Virus record (IMG/VR): IMGVR_UViG_3300034965_000017
Span: 1-41,183 of that record
Direction: 5' to 3' (one strand)
Length of the DNA: 41,183 nucleotides
From: a virus
Taxonomy: Duplodnaviria; Caudoviricetes
Shown here in pieces: positions 1-7,491 of this stretch; within the stretch, counting starts at the first letter, position 1, and each line of letters begins with the position of its first letter. Under the pieces are notes generated by a model that saw nothing but the letters and a program-made list of their open reading frames with translations, did no database searches and was not told the DNA's origin. The translations under genes were made by a program, and so were the position numbers.

Positions 1-127
1 CGTAGGTGATGTGCAGCTGGGCGGCGTTGGCTTGGACGAAGTCGGCCAGGGCCTGGCCCTGGGCGCTGCCCGGAGTGACCATGAAGTCGCATGCCCGCCC
101 GGTGGCGTGGTCCTGTGCGTTCGCGTC
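1..127. repeat. 127-bp terminal direct repeat, copy 1 (circular assembly overlap)
   Basis: 1-127 is identical to 41057-41183; an ORF reads in frame across the join. Confidence 0.97.
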
Positions 128-832
128 GTGGCGTAGGCATCCCACGGTGAGGCCGGGGAACGCGGCGTTGATGGCGTCACGGCCTGCGATGGTGGTCGCC
201 TGTAGGCCATCGGAGCCCGGGCCGCTGGTGCACGTCGACGCGGCCAGGGTGGGGTCGCTCACTACCTGCCGCGCCATGGGTTCCCACCGGGCGTAGGCGC
301 CCGGGAAGCCGCTGGCCTGCACCGACTGCGCCGCGACCGTCACCGGCATCGACTGCCAGCCAGGGACGCGCAGGAGACGCTCGAAGAACTTGCGGGATGA
401 CGCGGCGGGGTCCATGCGCTGAGCGGGGGTGCCCCACCCTGCGCGTTGCTGGAACATGCCGAGGCTGTCCCGGTCGCCGTGGTCGAGGGCTCGCAGCCCG
501 GACTCCTGCATGGCTGTGGCGATCCCGACGACCGCGCCGAACAGCGGGACGTTGAGCTGGCGGCCGACGGCGATGATCGTGGCTGCGTTGCGCAGCTGGG
601 TGCGGTCCAGGCTGGTGTTGCTGCTCTGGCCGGCACTGGCGACGACGGCGCACCCGTATGCTGCCGGCGCTGCGCTGGGTGGCACTTGGCCGCCCATGAA
701 GAGCATGGTCAGCACCATCGCACCGATGACCCAGCACGCGGCGACGACAGGGACCAAGACGATGAGCACCTTGACGGCGCGTCGGATGAGGCTGGTCTTC
801 GCTATCTGTGCGGCTACTGCCACGATGACCAT
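1..832 (-). CDS. Conjugation-associated peptidoglycan hydrolase, N-terminal part (continues 41056->40926; 320 aa in total)
   Basis: ATG at 832 after AGGAAGG. N-terminal TM segment, lysozyme-like motifs ATAMQESGL / DSLGMFQQR / GWGT, then DHATGRACDFM. Missing from the ORF track because it crosses the origin. Confidence 0.8.
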   Translation of the reverse strand, partial: MVIVAVAAQIAKTSLIRRAVKVLIVLVPVVAACWVIGAMVLTMLFMGGQVPPSAAPAAYGCAVVASAGQSSNTSLDRTQLRNAATIIAVGRQLNVPLFGAVVGIATAMQESGLRALDHGDRDSLGMFQQRAGWGTPAQRMDPAASSRKFFERLLRVPGWQSMPVTVAAQSVQASGFPGAYARWEPMARQVVSDPTLAASTCTSGPGSDGLQATTIAGRDAINAAFPGLTVGCLRHDANAQDHATGRACDFMVTPGSAQGQALADFVQANAAQLHITY

Positions 833-867
833 TACGGTTCGGCCTTCCTGGAGAGGGTCTTACCTAG

Positions 868-902
868 CCCCTCCATGCCCGGCTGAAACGGGCGTGGAGG
901 GG
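868..902. terminator. 14-bp stem hairpin between the integrase operon and the conjugation operon
   Basis: cccctccatgcccg / cgggcgtggagggg. The single mismatch is a U-G wobble on + RNA and a C-A mismatch on - RNA; no U-tract on -. Confidence 0.5.
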
Positions 903-936
903 TGCTTCGTTAGTCAGGTGTCCGTGAACGTGCCGT

Positions 937-1128
937 TCATAGCCGTGTGATCCCGAACCCGTAGCACTCCGGGTCATCACACTCGTCCGGGTTCTCGCAC
1001 TCCGGGGGGTCACAGTGACCCACGCGAATGTCGTCGACCACGCAACCGCAATAGGTGCACGTCACGACCCTCGGGTCGAGACGGTCGACCAACTCGGCGA
1101 TGTCCGTGAAGTCCAGTTCAGAGCTCAC
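937..1128 (-). CDS. Small acidic Cys-rich (CxxC) hypothetical protein
   Basis: GTG start with GAGGAGG RBS; CTYCGC and repeated (P/D)EC units. Confidence 0.65.
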   Translation of the reverse strand: MSSELDFTDIAELVDRLDPRVVTCTYCGCVVDDIRVGHCDPPECENPDECDDPECYGFGITRL

Positions 1129-1285
1129 TGCGCCTCCTCAGTGCGACGCCGACGTGCACAATGGCGTCAGCCACTGCGAGCATCGCGTGAACGTGGGCCA
1201 TCTTCAGGAGGTACGCCTCATGCTCCCCGCTGTCGGCTTGCCGCGCGCGCTCGAGGTCGTCTTCGGCATCGCTGTAGTGACTCAT
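1118..1285 (-). CDS. 55-aa hypothetical protein (MSHYSDAEDDLERARQ...)
   Basis: ATG overlaps the integrase stop (TGATG); fills the gap to the next gene. Confidence 0.6.
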   Translation of the reverse strand: MSHYSDAEDDLERARQADSGEHEAYLLKMAHVHAMLAVADAIVHVGVALRRRSEL

Positions 1286-2154
1286 CAGGCTGCCCACTGG
1301 CTCGCCGCTCGCAGCGACGCATCAGGGATCAGGACGTACTGCTTGGTCGTCTCCGGCTTGGAGTGGCCCAGCAAGGCCTGGACGGCGAACAGGTCATGGG
1401 CGCCGGCGTAGCAGATGGTGCCGTAGCGGTGCCGTAGGCCGTGCGTTGTCGAGGTTACCCCGAGGACCTTGGAGACGAGCTTGCCGCAGTATGCCGGCGA
1501 CAGGTGCCCGTTGATCTGCCCGGGGAACACCCAGCCGGCCGGGGTTGCCTGCAGCAGGACCCGCACCTCGTCACACAGGGGCAGGATCCGTTCCCGCGAG
1601 CCCTTCCCGTGGACCCGCAGGTTCCATCCGTCGAGCAGGTCCCGCTCGACGTCGCGCGTGTGGACCTGGGCTATCTCGCCGCGGCGCAGGCCTTGCCGGG
1701 CCGCGAGGAGCACCATCAGGTGAACCCGCGGACTGGCTTCAGACAGCGCTGAGGTCAGAACCAGCTCTGACGTCGGTCGAGGCAGCCTGTGCGGGGTCGT
1801 GACGGCAGGAAGCCGCCAGGCGGGGTTAACCGCGATCTGCTCAGTGTCACGGGCCCACTTGTAGAACGCACGCAGCGCCGTCCGGTAGCTGCGCTTCGTC
1901 TCAGCACCCCAGGTCTGGGTCCCGATCCACGCGACCATGTCCATCAGCGTCACCTCGAACGGAGCCAGGCCGGTCTCCCGGGCGAACCTGCGGATCTGAT
2001 AGGTCCGCAGGTACTGAGTGGTCTGCGGCCGGTTCGCGGCGCACATCCACTCCCCCCACTGCTCGAGCGGCGTAACCCAGGACGATGGCACTGTGGCAGT
2101 CATGCTCGTGACGATGCGTCCGTCCGACGCCGCGAGAGCCAGATGGTGAGCCAT
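1285..2154 (-). CDS. int: Tyrosine integrase with ssrA-like C-terminus (..SQWAA)
   Basis: GLRRGEI, HGKG, HGLRHRYGT, LLGH, TKQY catalytic motifs; near attP; alternative start at 2103. Confidence 0.93.
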   Translation of the reverse strand: MAHHLALAASDGRIVTSMTATVPSSWVTPLEQWGEWMCAANRPQTTQYLRTYQIRRFARETGLAPFEVTLMDMVAWIGTQTWGAETKRSYRTALRAFYKWARDTEQIAVNPAWRLPAVTTPHRLPRPTSELVLTSALSEASPRVHLMVLLAARQGLRRGEIAQVHTRDVERDLLDGWNLRVHGKGSRERILPLCDEVRVLLQATPAGWVFPGQINGHLSPAYCGKLVSKVLGVTSTTHGLRHRYGTICYAGAHDLFAVQALLGHSKPETTKQYVLIPDASLRAASQWAA

Positions 2155-2333
2155 CAGTCACCCCAGATCGTGTGCCAGCTACCGACGTGCTCATCGAGTG
2201 CAGCGAACGCAGCCCTCTGGTCGTCGTCTACCTCACCAAAGGCGCCACAGCTTCCGCAGACCCAAGTCGACGGGCCATCTGGAGCGGCACGGGTCACCTG
2301 GTCGGCGACCACGCTCGTTTCGTCGTCGAGCAT
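2154..2333 (-). CDS. 59-aa putative Zn-binding protein (CGSC...H...H)
   Basis: TGATG-coupled to both neighbours. Confidence 0.6.
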   Translation of the reverse strand: MLDDETSVVADQVTRAAPDGPSTWVCGSCGAFGEVDDDQRAAFAALDEHVGSWHTIWGD

Positions 2334-2605
2334 CAGAGGTCTGCCCTGGCGCGGATGATCTCGGCAGCCGCAACGACATCGGCGGCCTCTTTTGCCTGGA
2401 CCACTGCGTACGCCGCGATGGCGCAGTGGACTTCGCACTGCTTGCAGGTGTGCGACACGACGCCCGGATCGGTCTGGACGGGTTCCCCGCACCAGCACGC
2501 GCCGGCGGCGACATGCGCCCGCTCTTGCGGGGTCTGGTTGACCGGCTGGGCTTTCCTCAGCGCCCATTCTGACCACAGCGCGTCGTGGTCACTCTGGGTC
2601 GTCAT
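2333..2605 (-). CDS. 90-aa Cys-rich hypothetical protein
   Basis: ATGA overlap with the repressor stop; CWC and CKQC motifs. Confidence 0.65.
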   Translation of the reverse strand: MTTQSDHDALWSEWALRKAQPVNQTPQERAHVAAGACWCGEPVQTDPGVVSHTCKQCEVHCAIAAYAVVQAKEAADVVAAAEIIRARADL

Positions 2606-2934
2606 GCCGCCACCTGGAGCTTCCTGGCGACAGCAGCGGCCTTGCGGGCCCTGAGAGCGGCGAGCTCGTCAAAGTCGCTGATCCAGCGGGTTGGGGGTTC
2701 AAGTCCCTCACGGCGCACTACGAAGAAGCTCGACACTGGCACCTCCAACACTGAGGCCAGCGCTGACAGGTCGTCGACGTCCAGCGCTAGCTCTCCGCTG
2801 ATTCGGCGGTGCCAGTAGGACTGCGACTTCCCGATTAGCCGTGGAAGTCGGTTGACTGTGATCCTCTGCCTAGCGAGGACACCCCGGACTTCGCCCGCTA
2901 CTGTTTCCCGGTCTGCCACTTCGTGGTCTGTCAT
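2602..2934 (-). CDS. Immunity repressor (HTH), extrachromosomal read-through form with degron-like tail (..LQVAA)
   Basis: HTH ITVNRLPRLIGKSQSYWHRRISG; divergent from cro; contains attP; upstream alternative start at 2955. Confidence 0.88.
   Translation of the reverse strand: MTDHEVADRETVAGEVRGVLARQRITVNRLPRLIGKSQSYWHRRISGELALDVDDLSALASVLEVPVSSFFVVRREGLEPPTRWISDFDELAALRARKAAAVARKLQVAA
2684..2718 (+). other. attP common core: 3' half of a tRNA, most like actinobacterial tRNA-Lys(CTT)
   Basis: CAGCGGGTTGGGGGTTCAAGTCCCTCACGGCGCAC contains a T-arm (GGGGG-TTCAAGT-CCCTC) and an acceptor 3' strand; the 5' half is absent. Isotype is from recall of actinobacterial tRNA sequences. Confidence 0.85.
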
Positions 2935-3037
2935 GGCTGCACCGTATGCGGTCAACGGGTAGTTGCGCTACCCCAGCGGAAAAATTATTCGGCATCGGTC
3001 TTGCCAGGGGTACCCGGCCCGCGCTTAACTGCCTCTC
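2935..3037. promoter_or_regulatory. Divergent repressor/cro control region, probably leaderless promoters and operators
   Basis: AT-rich patch; inverted repeats ACCGTATGCGGT (2941-2952) and GGGTAG-N5-CTACCC (~2957-2973); TTGCCA at 3001; TACGGT 6 nt before the repressor ATG on -; no RBS for either gene. Confidence 0.55.
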
Positions 3038-3268
3038 ATGACGATTAACGCCACCGCTGCCCATGTCGCAGATGCGGTACGCGACGCGATGTCGCAGCGG
3101 CGAGTGTCACAGACCGTCCTCGGTCGGTCATTGGGCATGTCGCAGACGGCGGTCTCACGCCGGCTCATGGGTGAAGTCCCCTTCGACGTCGTCGAGCTGG
3201 TCGCGATCGCCGGCCTGCTTCATGTCCCTCTCTCCTCGCTCCTGCCGAGCCCTGTGGTTGCGGCATGA
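3038..3268 (+). CDS. cro: Cro-like HTH regulator
   Basis: SQTVLGRSLGMSQTAVSRRLMG HTH; divergent from and similar to the repressor. Confidence 0.85.
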   Translation: MTINATAAHVADAVRDAMSQRRVSQTVLGRSLGMSQTAVSRRLMGEVPFDVVELVAIAGLLHVPLSSLLPSPVVAA

Positions 3269-3330
3269 GCAGCCCACCATCCTCGCTGGTGACAGGCGAG
3301 GGAATGGAGATTCCTTAGGGACCAAAGCGT

Positions 3331-3368
3331 TGAGAAGGCCCCGCGACAACAGCCACGGGGCCTTCTCA
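3331..3368 (+). terminator. 13-bp perfect hairpin after cro
   Basis: tgagaaggccccg / cggggccttctca. Confidence 0.55.
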
Positions 3369-3492
3369 CCTACTACAGGGCGTGCGGCCCTGCAAATACA
3401 CGCAGTTCGAGTTTACGTCACCTTAGCCGGGGTCGTACGCGTACCTCACTGCGGGCATTTTCAGAGTCGCAACCTAGAAGGCGCAGACCAAT

Positions 3493-3723
3493 ATGCCCCC
3501 ATCAGCTACGACTCATGCCGGACTCTATGACCGCTATCTGACAGACCTCGACACCGCGGTCTCCATGGTCGAGGTCATGCGAAATCTGCCAGACGAACAC
3601 CGGCCCGTCAAGGAACTCGCCGACGCGCTTGATCGTGTCATCGCAGCAGTCCGAAAACTGGACCTACCTCTGGGCTCAGCCTGCGAGATCCTCCAGGTAA
3701 TCGCAGATGGTGGCCAGTCTTGA
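3493..3723 (+). CDS. Hypothetical protein, 76 aa
   Basis: Helical ORF whose stop overlaps the next start. Confidence 0.65.
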   Translation: MPPSATTHAGLYDRYLTDLDTAVSMVEVMRNLPDEHRPVKELADALDRVIAAVRKLDLPLGSACEILQVIADGGQS

Positions 3724-4508
3724 GTGCCGCCGAGAGGTGGGACGCACTCGAAGGCGACAAACCTGGCCGCATCGGCCCAGGCGAGGCCGCAACTCTTGCG
3801 ACTGCGGCGCGCAGGGCCAGGCTCATCCCGCGTGGTTCGTCGCGAGAGATACTTGCGCTGCTGCTGCGACTTACCCGTGGCTCACTCGGCGTCGAGCGAT
3901 CGACGGGCTGGATCGCCAATGAGCTTGGGATCAACTACAGCACTGCCAAACGCTCACTCGACGCTCTCATCTCGGCCGACCTGGTGGTCGTTGCGATTCC
4001 TGGCATAGGACGAACACGGTCTACCTACCAGGTCGATTTCGTCCGCCTGCGCGCATTGGGTAACTCATCCGATTCAGACCGCTCGAACGACCACCCCCAG
4101 AAGGGGCGTTACGCCCCCTCAGAGGGGGCGTTACGCCCCCTCAGTGGGGGCGTTACGCCCCCACCGTCCACGCGCGCGCGCGCGTCTCTTCCTCTCTCCT
4201 TCCTTAACCCCCCTCCCCCAGAGCCCGCGACCGAGGCAAGAACTCAGACTTCCCCCGCGGCAAGCCGCGGGGACCCCCTTCCATGGCGAAGCCAACCCGA
4301 AACGAAATGCGCCCACGGCCGGACCCGCGCTCAAGGTGGATGCCGACTGTGCCAAACCACCCGCCGAGACGACGCCAAATCGGTCAAGCGCCAACTAGCT
4401 GAAGCGCGGGCACAGCAGAAGATCCAGCACCTAGCCGAACAGCGCGCGGCTGAGGCTCAAACCCAGGCAGCCTCTGTCGCACCACCTGCCGATTGGCGGC
4501 AGCGATGA
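3720..4508 (+). CDS. Putative replication initiator (wHTH, lambda O-like organisation)
   Basis: HTH STGWIANELGINYSTAKRSLDAL; internal iterons; C-terminal C-x-H...CxxC. Confidence 0.7.
   Translation: MSAAERWDALEGDKPGRIGPGEAATLATAARRARLIPRGSSREILALLLRLTRGSLGVERSTGWIANELGINYSTAKRSLDALISADLVVVAIPGIGRTRSTYQVDFVRLRALGNSSDSDRSNDHPQKGRYAPSEGALRPLSGGVTPPPSTRARASLPLSFLNPPPPEPATEARTQTSPAASRGDPLPWRSQPETKCAHGRTRAQGGCRLCQTTRRDDAKSVKRQLAEARAQQKIQHLAEQRAAEAQTQAASVAPPADWRQR
4103..4162. repeat. Three palindromic iterons with 22-bp period (putative ori)
   Basis: (G)GGGGCGTTACGCCCCC x3, followed by a (CG)n run and a pyrimidine tract. Confidence 0.8.
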
Positions 4509-4753
4509 CCAACCACAACGAGGCCATGACCAGACCAACGACCTACCGGCCGGAGTGCGGCTCGAACTCTGGGTGGTGGGCTCACAAACGAGCCTCGGAG
4601 AAGCCATGCCAGCCCTGCCGCAAGGCCGTCGCCATCGGGCTTCGAAACGAAAACGCTCTAAGCATCGGGCAGGCCATTGACGAGCTGCGCGACATGAAGA
4701 ACGGCCGCCGGCGTTGGAACCCCAACCTGGCTGAACCGAAGGACGAGCAGTGA
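4505..4753 (+). CDS. Putative Zn-binding protein (C..H..CxxC)
   Basis: ATGA-coupled; ECGSNSGWWAH...PCQPC. Confidence 0.7.
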   Translation: MTNHNEAMTRPTTYRPECGSNSGWWAHKRASEKPCQPCRKAVAIGLRNENALSIGQAIDELRDMKNGRRRWNPNLAEPKDEQ

Positions 4754-4932
4754 AGCCGGATGCCGAGGCGCAGCGGGACCACCGACGGCTGGTCCAGCAC
4801 ACCATCCAGGCCGCTACCGAACAGTTCCGCTCCGCACGCGCAGCTGAGCAGGACGACAGCATCATCAAGGTCTGCACGTGCGGTGGACGGTTCATCGGAC
4901 GCCGCTGTCCGTACTGCGGGGCTTTCACATGA
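4750..4932 (+). CDS. 60-aa Zn-ribbon-like protein
   Basis: CTC...CPYC; coupled at both ends. Confidence 0.65.
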   Translation: MKPDAEAQRDHRRLVQHTIQAATEQFRSARAAEQDDSIIKVCTCGGRFIGRRCPYCGAFT

Positions 4933-4980
4933 GACAACAACCGGTCGGGGGCTTTCACATGAGACAACAACCGGTCGGGG
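4921..4980. repeat. Perfect 30-bp tandem duplication
   Basis: gctttcacatgagacaacaaccggtcgggg x2. Confidence 0.95.
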
Positions 4981-5330
4981 ACGTCCCCATGTTCGACGTC
5001 GCAGCACCCCCGACGCCGAGCAAAGGTCGGCCGTTTCCAGGGCCCCATACCGTCCGAAGAGTCCTCTGCCCGGGTGGTGAGCATCAAGCTGGGCTGATTG
5101 TCGGCACTGGTGAGCACCTCGTCTGGCGCAAGCACCTGGTGCACACCGTCGGCGGGCTGACCTGGCTATGCCAAGTGGTTGGCAAATGCCTATGCCAAGC
5201 GCCAGCGCCACAGGTCAAGGGCGTGCACACCCCGACCTGCCAGGACCCAGCATCAGGTCATTGGGCATACGACCCAGCAACACCGTTGTGCTACCCCATC
5301 GTGAATGTCCCAACTGGAGGCGTCCTATGA
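4929..5330 (+). CDS. Hypothetical Cys/His-rich protein
   Basis: ATGA-coupled start at 4929; second in-frame ATG at 4959. Confidence 0.6.
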   Translation: MRQQPVGGFHMRQQPVGDVPMFDVAAPPTPSKGRPFPGPHTVRRVLCPGGEHQAGLIVGTGEHLVWRKHLVHTVGGLTWLCQVVGKCLCQAPAPQVKGVHTPTCQDPASGHWAYDPATPLCYPIVNVPTGGVL

Positions 5331-5425
5331 CCAACAGCAGCCTGTGGTTCGCCGTCGGCCTCATGGCCGGAGCAGGTGGAGGCGCCTTCCTCGGCCGCTT
5401 CATCGCGAAGAGAGTGAAACTGTGA
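5327..5425 (+). CDS. 32-aa single-TM peptide
   Basis: Hydrophobic core with basic tail; coupled at both ends. Confidence 0.55.
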   Translation: MTNSSLWFAVGLMAGAGGGAFLGRFIAKRVKL

Positions 5426-5613
5426 CTATCACATGTGGAAAGGTTCGCTTCTTAACCGAGGGCGATGCGAAGGCTGCCCTGGTCGACATCGTCATGCGCC
5501 GCAACCAGATCGAATCCTGGCACCCCGTCAAGAAGAAGATGCCACGGCGTGCATATCAATGTCCGGAGTGTCTGGGATGGCACCTGACCAGCCAGGTGAG
5601 GGTGGACCGATGA
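5422..5613 (+). CDS. Small actinophage-type Zn-finger protein (RAYQCPECLGWHLTS)
   Basis: GTGA-coupled start; characteristic motif. Confidence 0.7.
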   Translation: MTITCGKVRFLTEGDAKAALVDIVMRRNQIESWHPVKKKMPRRAYQCPECLGWHLTSQVRVDR

Positions 5614-6338
5614 GTGCTGACCGTGAAGCAATAATCAAGCGCAGGCCACGGTTGCTGGACCTGTTCTGCTGCGAGGGTGGGGCAGGGATGGGTTACCACC
5701 GTGCCGGCTTCGAGGTCGTCGGGGTGGACCTAGAACCTAGGTTCGCCAAGCGATACCCGTTCGAGTTTCACGCCGGCGACGCATTGGAGTACGTCAAGGC
5801 TCACGGGCACGAGTTCGACGCCATCCACGCCAGTCCGCCGTGCCATCCGTACTCGGTGACCAAAAACACTCACCTGGTCACGCAACTTGCACTGATCGAA
5901 CCGACCCAGGAAGCACTGGCTATGACTGGGCGACCGTATGTGATCGAGAACGTTGCCGGCGCAGTGGCCTCGATGTGGGTTCCGCTGCGGCTGTGTGGGT
6001 CGGAGTTCGGCCTGGTCGCAAAGGACAACGACGGGCGCCCGCTGCGGTTGGAACGGCACAGGTTGTTCGAGTCCAACGTGTTCCTCTATGGCAACGGTGG
6101 GTGCCGGCATGACAAACGGGTCCAGGTCGCCGGCGTGTACGGCGGAGGTTCGGACGATCCTCGCTATACCAAGGAGGTCCGACGCGGGGGCTACACGCCA
6201 CAGAAGCCAATAGCTGCGGTCCTGCTGGGCATCGACTGGATGACCTTGCACGGACTCCAACAGTCCGTGCCCCCGGCCTACACGGAGTGGATCGGCGGGC
6301 AGCTGCTGGCCCATATCGAAAGCGAGCGTGCCGCATGA
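5610..6338 (+). CDS. DNA (cytosine-5) methyltransferase, orphan
   Basis: LLDLFCCEGG (motif I), ASPPC (motif IV), YVIENV (motif VI); ATG at 5610. Confidence 0.88.
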   Translation: MSADREAIIKRRPRLLDLFCCEGGAGMGYHRAGFEVVGVDLEPRFAKRYPFEFHAGDALEYVKAHGHEFDAIHASPPCHPYSVTKNTHLVTQLALIEPTQEALAMTGRPYVIENVAGAVASMWVPLRLCGSEFGLVAKDNDGRPLRLERHRLFESNVFLYGNGGCRHDKRVQVAGVYGGGSDDPRYTKEVRRGGYTPQKPIAAVLLGIDWMTLHGLQQSVPPAYTEWIGGQLLAHIESERAA

Positions 6339-6502
6339 CTGCTGACCGTGATGAGATAGTCACGCCCTGCCGCCGTTGGGCTGCATACCTACGAGTACAG
6401 GGCAGACGCTGGGGTCTTGAGGTTGAGTGGCGCAGACATCCGCGTCACATAGAAGGTCGAGTCCTCACCCCACGGCGAACCAAGGTGGTCAGTTATGGCT
6501 GA
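6335..6502 (+). CDS. Hypothetical protein (MTADRDE...)
   Basis: ATGA-coupled; starts with the repeated motif. Confidence 0.55.
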   Translation: MTADRDEIVTPCRRWAAYLRVQGRRWGLEVEWRRHPRHIEGRVLTPRRTKVVSYG

Positions 6503-6710
6503 CAGTGATGGGCTAGCCATCGTCCAGCACTGGGAAGACACGGGCTACTGGCGCGTCATCGAATCAGTCTGGGACGGGCACCCAGTAGGGCGCTTGTGGT
6601 GCGAGACAACAGTCAAGGATGAGGCGCTCCAGGCGCTGAAGGGGTGCCCATACCCAGCCCACCTCGAAATCCACCAACGCATGTGTGAGGAGAGGTGGGT
6701 AAGGCCATGA
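6495..6710 (+). CDS. Hypothetical protein (MADSDGL...EERWVRP)
   Basis: Member of the motif-bearing gene array. Confidence 0.65.
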   Translation: MADSDGLAIVQHWEDTGYWRVIESVWDGHPVGRLWCETTVKDEALQALKGCPYPAHLEIHQRMCEERWVRP

Positions 6711-6997
6711 CCGACCCTGGTGACCGTGATGGGCTACTCACTACTGTCTGCACGGCAGAGCCGTTCGTGAGCTCCACCCCAGGCGATGACATCTACGGGC
6801 CCTCGGTGACCTGCCGCGGCCGGCTCGCCGGCAGAGTCTGGTACGGGCCACTGTCGGACTCGTCCGCCTTCGGAACGAAGTCTCGGATAACAATCAACGG
6901 TCGGCACTACGAAGTCATATCGCTGGGCCACGGTTTTCTCGGGTCTCCGTCCGCTCACATCGAAGTCGAGCTGGAAGAACGATGGGTGAGGCCATGA
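6707..6997 (+). CDS. Hypothetical protein (MTDPGDRDGL...EERWVRP)
   Basis: ATGA-coupled; motif-bearing. Confidence 0.65.
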   Translation: MTDPGDRDGLLTTVCTAEPFVSSTPGDDIYGPSVTCRGRLAGRVWYGPLSDSSAFGTKSRITINGRHYEVISLGHGFLGSPSAHIEVELEERWVRP

Positions 6998-7491
6998 CCG
7001 AGCCTGCTGACCGTGAAGGGTTATTCACCCCCGCACCAGGTGCTGTGGCGGTCGTTTCCTCGTGGCGCGGCGAACTCCTGGGCATGAAAAGCCATGCCGG
7101 CTGGATGGTTGTGGACGGCACCCAGACGCGAGGGCTCGATGACAACGAGGTGTCTGCCTTTCGCCGGCTGATCGTGCTCGACCTCGGCAAGAAGGATGCA
7201 GCCATAGTCTCGGGCCTCCGCGTAGCAGCGGAGAGCGGCGCCCTTCATCCGGCTACTCGACTAGAGCTCGGCTACATCGCCGACCAGATCGAGGCGCAGG
7301 CCAAGCGCATCGAGGAGCCACGGCTGCACGGCGTGGTGGTCGCGAGATCCCTGACGTGGGACCAGGTGCCTCAGTGGACTCGCTACACGACAGGCGATGG
7401 CATCCGCGAGCAGTGGATCGGCACCAACGGCGAAACCGCGGCATGGCGCGACCTGATCGACCCGGTCCTCATCCGGGACGGCATCTCATGA
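6994..7491 (+). CDS. Hypothetical protein (MTEPADREGLF...)
   Basis: ATGA-coupled; motif-bearing. Confidence 0.7.
   Translation: MTEPADREGLFTPAPGAVAVVSSWRGELLGMKSHAGWMVVDGTQTRGLDDNEVSAFRRLIVLDLGKKDAAIVSGLRVAAESGALHPATRLELGYIADQIEAQAKRIEEPRLHGVVVARSLTWDQVPQWTRYTTGDGIREQWIGTNGETAAWRDLIDPVLIRDGIS

Noticed and set aside
2684-2718. Functional tRNA gene
   Set aside because: Only the 3' half is present; no D-arm or 5' acceptor strand upstream.
3720-4508. Relaxase for the conjugation module
   Set aside because: No HUH or Rep_trans-like motifs seen; wHTH plus iterons fits a theta initiator.
5610-6338. Restriction-modification system
   Set aside because: No adjacent endonuclease candidate; orphan methyltransferases are common in phages.
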